Source: a virus (lineage: Duplodnaviria > Caudoviricetes). From it: a stretch of 53,402 bases of DNA. Positions within the stretch are counted from its first letter, which is position 1; every line of letters begins with the position of its first letter. The DNA lies in the IMG/VR virus record IMGVR_UViG_3300029267_000987, positions 1 to 53,402 of that record, one strand, 5' to 3'. The notes beneath the pieces were generated by a model, which was given only the letters and a program-made list of their open reading frames with translations, did no database searches and was not told the origin of the DNA. The translations under genes and the position numbers were made by a program. Shown piece by piece: positions 8,255 through 16,264 of this stretch.

Positions 8255-8686
8255 GTGGAGCAAATGAAAATATTGATATCATTCTATCGACCACATAACA
8301 GACATCTCCGAGGTCAGGAGATAATCGAAGTAGGCGATGATAGCCTAGCAGATGAGAAGAAGTTTAAACAGAGAATAGTTAATGAGGTTAAGATGGGGAT
8401 AGGGTGGCAGAACTACTACTGGGTTGTTACTGATATTATAAACTTAAGATTGAAGACTACTAGATTATTCAGGTCTAAGATATTCAAACCAGAAGATTTC
8501 AAAGGAATGGGTAAGTATGGACAAGAACCTTGGGTGTGGCAGAAGAATATAAAGAAGAGTGATTTTGGCAAATATCATACAACAGAGCTATATGAATACA
8601 AGATGGGAGAAGGAAGGTCAGATACTAAGACTGGATTAGAGTTAAAGAATTCAGGAGTATTAGGATTATATCGAAAGCCCTTATGA
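8255..8686 (+). CDS. hypothetical protein
   Basis: 143-aa ORF lying between motif copies 1 and 2. Confidence 0.6.
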   Translation: MEQMKILISFYRPHNRHLRGQEIIEVGDDSLADEKKFKQRIVNEVKMGIGWQNYYWVVTDIINLRLKTTRLFRSKIFKPEDFKGMGKYGQEPWVWQKNIKKSDFGKYHTTELYEYKMGEGRSDTKTGLELKNSGVLGLYRKPL

Positions 8687-8740
8687 TTACCGTAAACTAT
8701 ATATATAAGAACGATTGATACGTATGTATCTAAAATAACA

Positions 8741-8779
8741 AAAAGGAAACGGAACTACAACTAACTATATAACAATGTG
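8741..8779 (+). repeat. 39-bp tripartite motif, copy 2
   Basis: AAAAGGAAAC-N15-TATATA-N3-ATGTG upstream of the RHH gene. Confidence 0.7.
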
Positions 8780-8805
8780 TAAATAAACGAAAAAAAGGTG
8801 GGATT

Positions 8806-9456
8806 ATGAGTAGAACGAACCTAAGCCAACATAATTTGCTGATAGACAACGACCTTTGGGAATTGGTGGTAGCAGAGTCACTCAATACCAACAAATCTCA
8901 ATCACAGATAGTGAGAGAAGCCTTGGCAGAAAGATACGAGAAGGAAACATATAGACCAGAAAAACAACTGCCAGTGAGAATAAAGAACGCCTTATCCGTA
9001 TTCGAGATACTAGAAATCCTAACAGAGAAGGATGAAGATGGGACTAAGTATACTCAGATATGGTTAAGCTGGGCAGATGTATTAGAGGTGAAGTATGGCA
9101 GATGGGCTTTCGCTAAGAAAGCTATAAGCATCTTCTCCAAATTCTGTCGAGAGCTGAAACATCCAGTCCAGTTCGAACAGGTTATAACTGAAATCCCGAT
9201 ACCTGGAACAAGCAGGAAGAGGATGAGTAAAGAGGGATTCAACCTGTTCTTTGAAGTTCCTGTAACACATGGGATAATAGTGGATATGAAAACAAAGGCA
9301 TCAGATATAACTGACTATGATGACTTTGAGAATATCTTACTAAAACACCCAACAGATGAGATTGTCAAGACTCGGAAGGATATAGCAAGAGAGATGTTAC
9401 AGAAGGCTTCACAAGCTGGTGGCGATGATGCCGAAGGATTTGACACGATTGAGTAG
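8806..9456 (+). CDS. ribbon-helix-helix (CopG-like) DNA-binding protein with large C-terminal domain
   Basis: N-terminal HNLLIDNDLWELV...KSQSQIVREAL pattern. Confidence 0.65.
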   Translation: MSRTNLSQHNLLIDNDLWELVVAESLNTNKSQSQIVREALAERYEKETYRPEKQLPVRIKNALSVFEILEILTEKDEDGTKYTQIWLSWADVLEVKYGRWAFAKKAISIFSKFCRELKHPVQFEQVITEIPIPGTSRKRMSKEGFNLFFEVPVTHGIIVDMKTKASDITDYDDFENILLKHPTDEIVKTRKDIAREMLQKASQAGGDDAEGFDTIE

Positions 9457-9763
9457 ACTAGATAAACTGAAAGCTAAAGCGGAGAAGTCACGTAAACCTG
9501 AACTCCCCCAATCTAAGAGTAAGGGTAAGGGTAGGAAGAAATCTAACAGGAAGGGGATACCTAATCTGGCCCCTAATGTAGACTTTCTCCCATCAGCTGG
9601 AGCTATCTTTATATCAAAGGCAGATTATATGTTAGAAGAAGAATTGGCAGATGGTTATATACTAAGGAAAACAGATTTAAGAGAACAGAGACAGGCAGAG
9701 AGAGCAGGAGCATTTGAGATTAGGAAGAGACTAAATACAAAATTACAGAGGAGATTAGTATGA
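9419..9763 (+). CDS. basic hypothetical protein
   Basis: ORF overlapping both neighbours; Lys/Arg-rich termini. Confidence 0.6.
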   Translation: MAMMPKDLTRLSRLDKLKAKAEKSRKPELPQSKSKGKGRKKSNRKGIPNLAPNVDFLPSAGAIFISKADYMLEEELADGYILRKTDLREQRQAERAGAFEIRKRLNTKLQRRLV

Positions 9764-10404
9764 TAGATGTAGGCATGGATAAACCGGAGATTTATGATGG
9801 GTTTGTATTGAAGATGGAGATTGTTCCAGAACCATGTTGGTTCTTCAATCTAAGAAAACTATTCACCGCTTCTAAATGGTTTGAGGTCAGGACTAGAGTA
9901 TATGGGGAGTTCTTATACTCCTGTCCATTTTGTGGTTCAGAACATTGGGATGACAGGTACCCTTGGGAGATACCAAAGGCGATAGGTGGGGGCCTACACG
10001 CCCACGAAATCTGGCGATACGATGACGAGATACACACTCAGTTTCTAGATGGGATAACAGCTATCTGTCCAACCTGTCACTCTATCAAACATATGTTCCT
10101 AACTCAGAAGAGAGTAGAGGAAGGTGCTCTGAAGATGGAGGATATTATATCTCACTTCTGCACAGTCAATAAGTGTATGCCTCAAGACTTTCATCAGATT
10201 CTCAAATACGAGATGTTAGTATATCATGAGAGGGGGAAATATCAGTGGTTACTTGATATAGGAGATTACTTTGAATATCTTGCTCCTAAATCTGCTGAGT
10301 ATATAGTAGATGGAAAGTTGGAAGGAAATTGGGATTTACTTTCAGATAAAACACTATCTAAGATTGATAGCTTAATGATTGAGAGGGGGATGGTTGATGA
10401 CTAA
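9760..10404 (+). CDS. HNH-family endonuclease-like protein
   Basis: CPFCG ... LHAHEIW ... AICPTCHSIKH; N-terminal EIVPxxCWxxNLR typical of this viral HNH group. Confidence 0.7.
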   Translation: MIDVGMDKPEIYDGFVLKMEIVPEPCWFFNLRKLFTASKWFEVRTRVYGEFLYSCPFCGSEHWDDRYPWEIPKAIGGGLHAHEIWRYDDEIHTQFLDGITAICPTCHSIKHMFLTQKRVEEGALKMEDIISHFCTVNKCMPQDFHQILKYEMLVYHERGKYQWLLDIGDYFEYLAPKSAEYIVDGKLEGNWDLLSDKTLSKIDSLMIERGMVDD

Positions 10405-10449
10405 ATTTCCCAAAGGTAGACTTATAGGTAAAAGGTCTGGAGGGATTAG

Positions 10450-10743
10450 ATGAAACAGATTAGAGTATTACGGATAACCAATTGTAAGGAATGTCCATTC
10501 AGTGACTCTCATTACTCTCTCGCATATTGCACTCTGAAAACAAAGGGAGATGTCATATACAAACTGCCACAAGATGAAAATGGAAAATATACCCACAAGA
10601 TACCTGATTGGTGTCCACTAGAGAAAGTGAAAGATGATAAGGACTTAGATATTACACATTGGGTATGTAATCAGTGTGGTAGTAGAAATCAGAAACGAAT
10701 TGGATACTGTTATGAATGTCATAATCATAATCCAGATTGGTGA
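10450..10743 (+). CDS. double zinc finger microprotein (RanBP2-like C-terminal finger)
   Basis: CxxCPF...C...IPDWCPL and WVCNQCGSRN...CYEC. Confidence 0.65.
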   Translation: MKQIRVLRITNCKECPFSDSHYSLAYCTLKTKGDVIYKLPQDENGKYTHKIPDWCPLEKVKDDKDLDITHWVCNQCGSRNQKRIGYCYECHNHNPDW

Positions 10744-11081
10744 TTGATATGGTGGATAAAGACACGGATAAGGAATTAACAGATGAGGAATGGGAAGAGA
10801 TTAAAAAAACTAATGAGGATATTTCTAAATTCTTTGGTAAGACTAAGGAAAAGGCACTCTATCTGGGATTATCCAGATGTGAGAACTTTGGGAAGTTCGT
10901 AAAAGAGAATTACCTATTGAAAACAGACCCTCAAGCTGGAATAGAAATGCTGGTTAGGAAAAGGGATGGTAAGGTATTGATTGCTTATCAGACTTATGTT
11001 TCAATAGAGGAGAATAAAGTAGGTGTAAGAGAGATTCCATCAGACTTAAAATTTGTTGATGATAAGGAGGATAAACCATAA
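10737..11081 (+). CDS. hypothetical protein
   Basis: Operon-packed ORF. Confidence 0.6.
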   Translation: MVIDMVDKDTDKELTDEEWEEIKKTNEDISKFFGKTKEKALYLGLSRCENFGKFVKENYLLKTDPQAGIEMLVRKRDGKVLIAYQTYVSIEENKVGVREIPSDLKFVDDKEDKP

Positions 11082-11311
11082 TGACAATCTGGCAATGCTC
11101 TAAACGGAAATGTAGACTAGTCATGATAGGAGAACCTAAGTGTTCTGTTATTGTCAATGACAGACACATACCGATTAGAGGAGATACCATCATAATGTAT
11201 TGTCGATTATATGGAAAGTCGTTCAGTTTCAGACCAGTGAAGAGGAAGAGGGTAAATAAGAGATTAAGAGCAATAGAGATGTCTAGGAGGTTAGATGAAT
11301 GGGTGGATTAG
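11081..11311 (+). CDS. small basic Cys-containing protein
   Basis: TAATG coupling; GGAGG RBS. Confidence 0.5.
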   Translation: MTIWQCSKRKCRLVMIGEPKCSVIVNDRHIPIRGDTIIMYCRLYGKSFSFRPVKRKRVNKRLRAIEMSRRLDEWVD

Positions 11312-11526
11312 ATATACGAGATAAGTTGAGAAGAAAACTAAAGGCTCAGAAGATAGAGCCTATGTCTATACCAGATGGTATATGCTTCCTAGATGGAGGG
11401 CCTTGTGTAGATAGGTTCGAGTATCGGAATTGCTCTGTCTGCTCTTGTGAGAAAGATATTAGTAGGATAAGGAAGAAGAGGAATGAAACAGAAGATGTAG
11501 ATATGTTTGAGGGGGTGAATAGATGA
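11299..11526 (+). CDS. small Cys-rich protein
   Basis: GGAGGT RBS; Cys cluster; N-terminal IRDKLRRKLK. Confidence 0.55.
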   Translation: MGGLDIRDKLRRKLKAQKIEPMSIPDGICFLDGGPCVDRFEYRNCSVCSCEKDISRIRKKRNETEDVDMFEGVNR

Positions 11527-11690
11527 AAGATTGTACCAATTGTGGTCATAAAATAGAGGGGTATGCTCTTTGTCCGATAGTAGATGAATGCGATGATGTT
11601 TTATCCAAATGGATACCAAAACCAACAAATCCTAAGTTTGGTCTTGATGCGTATGATGTAACGGGTATTATAAAGAAGGAGGAATCTTGA
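11523..11690 (+). CDS. Cys-rich microprotein (55 aa, not in ORF track)
   Basis: GGGGTGA RBS and ATGA overlap; MKDCTNCGH...EES. Confidence 0.5.
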   Translation: MKDCTNCGHKIEGYALCPIVDECDDVLSKWIPKPTNPKFGLDAYDVTGIIKKEES

Positions 11691-12109
11691 TGGATAAGGA
11701 AGAGATTAAGAAAGGAACTCATGTTAGAACAACGAAAGATGCTGGGCGGGATGATTGGGCCTTTGGACGAAACGATGTCAAATGGGGTGTGCATGGAACG
11801 GTTCTTAGACATAGCAATTCACATGGCCTATGTTTCTTGATTTTGCACCACACCGACGGAACCGAAGCATGGTATGATGTTGAAGAAGTTGAGGTTTTAG
11901 AGAGTTTGGAATCCCAGGAACCACAACCAACAATCGACTTTGTCGAAGAGGAATGGGGTGATGTCCTCAGACAACTTGGAGAGGAGAAACGATATGTCCT
12001 AATGGGTCCAGGAGATAACCTTTACTATGCAAAGGGTGGCTTTCGACTGATAGAAGGGAATCCAAAAAGAAATACAAACCATCCGGCCAGGCTCTGGCTA
12101 ATCATCTAA
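11687..12109 (+). CDS. hypothetical protein with SH3-like N-terminal beta barrel (tentative)
   Basis: IKKGTHVR...GVHGTV...EAWYDVEEVEVL pattern. Confidence 0.5.
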   Translation: MMDKEEIKKGTHVRTTKDAGRDDWAFGRNDVKWGVHGTVLRHSNSHGLCFLILHHTDGTEAWYDVEEVEVLESLESQEPQPTIDFVEEEWGDVLRQLGEEKRYVLMGPGDNLYYAKGGFRLIEGNPKRNTNHPARLWLII

Positions 12110-12156
12110 ATGATTATGTTCCGTGTGGTCGTTGCGAAGAATCTGGTTGTGTCTGC

Positions 12157-12627
12157 ATGCACCCTCAGAGGAGTTATTTTAATGATGATTGTCCTGATGG
12201 TCTTGGTGATTGTGATTCTGGTTGTCAATGGTCAGAGGAATGTCCTTATTGTGATGGTGAAGGTGGGTTTCATCCAAAAGAGAAGCCTGATAAGGAATTA
12301 ATAGATGCTTGGAAAGATGTTTTGCTACATTCCCATTGTAAGCATACAAGATGTGATAGATGTTCTATGAATGAAAAATGCAAAGAGTTAGGTCGTCCTA
12401 TATTAGAGTCACCGTCCCCCTCAGAGCCACCAGCAGAGACAGAATCTATATGGAAAGGATGTAAACATAAGTTTTATGATGTTATTTCATCTATTGGAGA
12501 CCATTCAAGCATCCAGTGGTGTAAGGATTGTGGAGCATACAGGGCAGTTTATAATGGCGATTATTCGGAATGGAGAATACCATATTTCACAGAAATAGGA
12601 AAACCATCTGCTAAGAGGGGTGAATAG
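12157..12627 (+). CDS. Cys-rich multi-zinc-finger protein
   Basis: CPYCDGEG, CDRC and CKDCG motifs; start codon uncertain. Confidence 0.55.
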   Translation: MHPQRSYFNDDCPDGLGDCDSGCQWSEECPYCDGEGGFHPKEKPDKELIDAWKDVLLHSHCKHTRCDRCSMNEKCKELGRPILESPSPSEPPAETESIWKGCKHKFYDVISSIGDHSSIQWCKDCGAYRAVYNGDYSEWRIPYFTEIGKPSAKRGE

Positions 12628-12833
12628 ATGAATGTGTTCATAGTAGCTCTCTATGCAGTAAACATATTCTTCATACTATTGACGCTAGATGCGATATGGT
12701 ATATGATAGTAAACATTATCAGACATAAACTAAAGGAGGGTAAATATGAAGCAGGAAAAGAAAGAGAATGATGAAGAAGAGGGAAATGAATCTGACTATA
12801 ATATTGAAAATGGAGGGTAAGCCAAATACCCCC

Positions 12834-12848
12834 TTTAACGGCGTTAAA
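12834..12848. promoter_or_regulatory. palindromic operator-like site, copy 1
   Basis: TTTAACG-G-CGTTAAA; the same core occurs at 45352-45366 and 45815-45826. Confidence 0.55.
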
Positions 12849-12966
12849 TCCCCGTTCAAAAGGGCCTGAAAAAGCATAATTTCACGTGAACCCCCTATTT
12901 CACGGATAGATAAAAATAAGAACGATATAAGGGACTCAATATAACGACTGATACGGAGGTTATCTG

Positions 12967-13206
12967 ATGGATATTGGTAGAAATGTAGCTAAAAAACTGA
13001 GGGATAGTGGATATAAGCAATCTAAGACTAAGAATCACATCTGGTGGAAGGATGAACAGGGTCTGAGAGTGATAATAGACCTACGAAAGAAGAAGGTGTA
13101 TGCCTATGATGAGGAAGGGGGAATATCAGATGCACCTAAATATGCTACTAGGGACTTTGGAATGATTAAAGCGGAGTTAGATAAGAAGCAGACTAAACTG
13201 TTTTAG
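12967..13206 (+). CDS. small protein with C-terminal PIP-box-like QTKLF
   Basis: GGAGGT RBS; ends KKQTKLF. Confidence 0.6.
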   Translation: MDIGRNVAKKLRDSGYKQSKTKNHIWWKDEQGLRVIIDLRKKKVYAYDEEGGISDAPKYATRDFGMIKAELDKKQTKLF

Positions 13207-13214
13207 GTGGTATT

Positions 13215-13469
13215 GTGATACATCTATGTAATAATTGTTGGAAAAATAATGAACATAGAAACAATTGCCCAGATAAGGATACCCCATTTGGTGGACATTG
13301 TTCTTCTTGTGATTATTATGAACCAATTGACCTAGAACCAAAAAGAGAACAGGAAAGAATTTACATAGGTCTAGACTGTGACAGATGTGGAAAGAAAACG
13401 AGTAAAGTCAGACAGATGAATGGGTATAACATCTGTTGTGACTGTTTAAGAGAAATTTATTACGAATGA
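13215..13469 (+). CDS. double zinc finger microprotein
   Basis: Multiple CxxC pairs; AGGTGG RBS. Confidence 0.6.
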   Translation: MIHLCNNCWKNNEHRNNCPDKDTPFGGHCSSCDYYEPIDLEPKREQERIYIGLDCDRCGKKTSKVRQMNGYNICCDCLREIYYE

Positions 13470-13480
13470 GGACTGATAAG

Positions 13481-13630
13481 ATGGTAAAATTACATGGGAA
13501 AGAGTTCAGATTAGAAGATTTACCTATGGTATGCTCTTGTGGGGATTGGAATTGTCCTAATTCATATAGAGGTAGAGATGGAATACTGAAAGAACTAGAG
13601 GAAGCGAAAGAACTAAATTCAGGTGAATAA
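13481..13630 (+). CDS. microprotein (49 aa, not in ORF track)
   Basis: GAGG RBS; MVKLHGKEF...CSCGDWNC...SGE. Confidence 0.45.
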   Translation: MVKLHGKEFRLEDLPMVCSCGDWNCPNSYRGRDGILKELEEAKELNSGE

Positions 13631-13631
13631 T

Positions 13632-13802
13632 ATGGCTACAACAGGTTCAGCTATTTATGATAAGTCTAGATGTCCAATGGGTAAACCAAGAATACGTAGA
13701 AAACTTAGAGTCAGAAAAAGATGTGACCTCTGTGGAAGAGAGATAGGTAGGAAGGGGTTATGTTATAGTTGTATAGAATCAGCAGAATTTACACTAGAAT
13801 AG
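13632..13802 (+). CDS. zinc finger microprotein (56 aa, not in ORF track)
   Basis: AGGTGA RBS; CDLCG...LCYSC. Confidence 0.55.
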   Translation: MATTGSAIYDKSRCPMGKPRIRRKLRVRKRCDLCGREIGRKGLCYSCIESAEFTLE

Positions 13803-13815
13803 AGGGTCTGATATA

Positions 13816-14064
13816 ATGGTAAAGAAATGTAAGCATGGAGTCTGTTGGGATTGTGGACAGATATGTCAAATTTGTGGTCTTGACGAATCTAAATATAATC
13901 AAGATGACGGAGTAGATGTATGTCCAGTTCCTAATCAGAAAGTTATAGTTATAGACGATAGTGTAGAACCTGACGATAAATGTCCCAGATGTGGGAAGGA
14001 ATTATATAATATGACGGCAGTAGAGAAAGATAGATATTTTGATACAGGAGTGTGTTGTAAATGA
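13816..14064 (+). CDS. Cys-rich microprotein
   Basis: CKH, CWDC, CQIC and CPRC motifs. Confidence 0.6.
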   Translation: MVKKCKHGVCWDCGQICQICGLDESKYNQDDGVDVCPVPNQKVIVIDDSVEPDDKCPRCGKELYNMTAVEKDRYFDTGVCCK

Positions 14065-14540
14065 GATATAGCTGGTTTATAAAGAATAAGGAAGGGCAGA
14101 AGCAGAATCCACATATAGTATCTGTTCATGGTGTGACATTAGCTTTTACAGAGATAAAGATGGATAAGTTAAACTACTACATAGATGTTAGTGGTAAGAT
14201 AACAGCAGTCTTATCTAAAGAGGACAATCTGATACTAAAGGAATATATGTGTCAAGCGTGTGGTCTAGTATATGTAGAAACCTGGGAAGACCATCTGATG
14301 AGTGATGTTCATATCGAGAACTGTAAGATTAAAGGTATTAAGGTTACTAAGCCAATTGAGGGTGACAAGCAGAATGATTATTGTGTCAATTGTGGCTCAA
14401 AAGTAGATGTATATCACGATGATGCAGATAAAAGGATAGGAATAAAATGTCCATACTGTGGTTATAAAGCAGGAGATACAGGAGTTGGAGAAGATGGGGA
14501 AGAGGAAATACAAAAGGAAGGGTCAGCAGAAAGGGTATGA
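14061..14540 (+). CDS. zinc ribbon/C2H2 protein
   Basis: CQAC...H...H and CVNC...CPYC. Confidence 0.6.
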   Translation: MRYSWFIKNKEGQKQNPHIVSVHGVTLAFTEIKMDKLNYYIDVSGKITAVLSKEDNLILKEYMCQACGLVYVETWEDHLMSDVHIENCKIKGIKVTKPIEGDKQNDYCVNCGSKVDVYHDDADKRIGIKCPYCGYKAGDTGVGEDGEEEIQKEGSAERV

Positions 14541-15192
14541 TTTTGAACGAGAATGGGCTGAGTCTCTAGCTTGGTTCTGTATGAGGAGACACCCTATCTT
14601 CTTTCATAAACTAGCAGATACTCAAGCCTTCCGTTCTACCCTAAGACGCATAAAGATGATGTTCAGCGATATGCCTCAACAGATGAGAGCAAAGTTCTAT
14701 TGGGTGATGTCTGCCTTTAACAAGATGACGTTACCTAAACAACCTGCCGATACCCTAATCATCTATAAAGGGATAGGTGGATTTATGGAACTAAAGTCAC
14801 GTTCAACAGAAGGAAGGGTGTGGCTATCTGAACTGATTAAAGACCATCAGTATCAATACGCTTCTAGAGTAGAGTTATATGGTGGGGGTTTCTCTTACTT
14901 CATACTGAATAACAGAATAGAAGCTCAGAATCATTATGTAGTAGCTTTAACCAGAGATGAGGTTAGGGAAGTATTGATAGGTGAACAGGTGATGCGTGAC
15001 TCTAGATTAAAGAGAGGATGGACTTGGGATGAATTAATATCCTTCTCCCATCTACCAGTTCTAGAAGCTAACGATAGGAGAACCTGGGATGACCCTATCT
15101 TCACAAAGTATGACCCCACACCAATATTTGAAGATATAGATAAGATTATAGAGTCTCGTCAGGTAGGTTCCTCAAAAGCAGTTCTGTGGTAG
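14458..15192 (+). CDS. PD-(D/E)XK Holliday junction resolvase, RecU/Hjc-like (likely start 14494)
   Basis: KGYDFE, PAD, MELKS, IKDHQ motif series; last gene of the early block. Confidence 0.7.
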   Translation: MVIKQEIQELEKMGKRKYKRKGQQKGYDFEREWAESLAWFCMRRHPIFFHKLADTQAFRSTLRRIKMMFSDMPQQMRAKFYWVMSAFNKMTLPKQPADTLIIYKGIGGFMELKSRSTEGRVWLSELIKDHQYQYASRVELYGGGFSYFILNNRIEAQNHYVVALTRDEVREVLIGEQVMRDSRLKRGWTWDELISFSHLPVLEANDRRTWDDPIFTKYDPTPIFEDIDKIIESRQVGSSKAVLW

Positions 15193-16264
15193 TAGAACCT
15201 GAACGGTTTATACGTCTACCATAAACTATTGAATTCTTCGCTAATCCAGGTTCATCAGAATTGAATTCCACCAGTGAGAGTAACGGGATTTGCCAATGTC
15301 CAGCTAGTTTGACTTTATTAGAGGATGGGATAAACTGGTTACGAACTAGTTTACGAGTTTTAAGATAAGATGATTTTAACCCACCATCATCTTCATTATC
15401 CTCAGAACGTATTTCAAATCTGCCAAACTTATCAATAAAATTCTGATTCTGATACCTTAAATCCCAATTAACTTTATTACCTATAATAACTGAGGTAATC
15501 AGATTATTAGTATCTTCTCTAGAAACATCTATAACGTAATCTGGTTCTATAATTATATCAGGTGTGCCATGAATATCTGGTTCACGTCTTAGTATCAGCG
15601 ATGGTTGATTTTGCAGTTGAACCGTCATAAGATGATAGAATCGTGGATAGATGGAGTCTGTTTCATCATATATCAAAGTCCTGATATTCTCCATAAGCGT
15701 CTTACAATTTGCATCCATATTCATATCAACAGGAACCCTAACATTATCTACTCCTCTAACTTCACCAGCAAATTTCATATATTCTACTCCACTTCCTCTA
15801 GTTACTTGTGCATTGAGTAGAGCCATTGCTGATATGATATTAGCACCATTAAGATTACGTATATTCTGTGTTCTACTAAACATATCATAATATCCAACTA
15901 TTGGTAAACAAACATCAGATTCAATCCCAATTCTTGATGTTATAAAGTCTGGTGGGATAATACCTTCAAAATCATATCTAGGAAAGGTATGACCAGATGG
16001 AGTTTTAAGGATGACACGATACATAAAGCCAGGTCGAATAGTTCTCTCAGCCCACCTATCTATATTAGATATAGTGAGATTACAGATACCAGCACCATTA
16101 ACTCGTTCCTCTATGTCTGCTTCTTCTATACGAAGGTTATCGGTAATATCTTCCCAGTTATTAGACCAGGGATAACGCTGATAAATGATTGCATTAGTAG
16201 CCGTATATATCACTCCACTATATTGAATCTGGCAGACCAGTTCCTCTTCTCCCTCTCCTCCCAT
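15146..16264 (-). CDS. tail tip/baseplate hub protein (Tal/gp27-like, tentative)
   Basis: Last gene of the virion block, after the tape measure and a large tail protein; beta-rich with hub-like C-terminus. Confidence 0.55.
   Translation of the reverse strand: MGGEGEEELVCQIQYSGVIYTATNAIIYQRYPWSNNWEDITDNLRIEEADIEERVNGAGICNLTISNIDRWAERTIRPGFMYRVILKTPSGHTFPRYDFEGIIPPDFITSRIGIESDVCLPIVGYYDMFSRTQNIRNLNGANIISAMALLNAQVTRGSGVEYMKFAGEVRGVDNVRVPVDMNMDANCKTLMENIRTLIYDETDSIYPRFYHLMTVQLQNQPSLILRREPDIHGTPDIIIEPDYVIDVSREDTNNLITSVIIGNKVNWDLRYQNQNFIDKFGRFEIRSEDNEDDGGLKSSYLKTRKLVRNQFIPSSNKVKLAGHWQIPLLSLVEFNSDEPGLAKNSIVYGRRINRSGSTTTELLLRNLPDETL

Noticed and set aside
8198-8779. Canonical archaeal ORB (Orc1/Cdc6) boxes
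   Set aside because: The motif shares only GGAAAC with ORB consensus sequences and lacks the TCCA half-site and G-string; no orc1/cdc6 gene is visible.
13215-13469. HbYX proteasome-docking C-termini (IYYE here, KAYV in 50920-51159, EGYY in 4017-4301)
   Set aside because: A three-residue motif is expected by chance among about 80 proteins; structural proteins here also have a penultimate Tyr.
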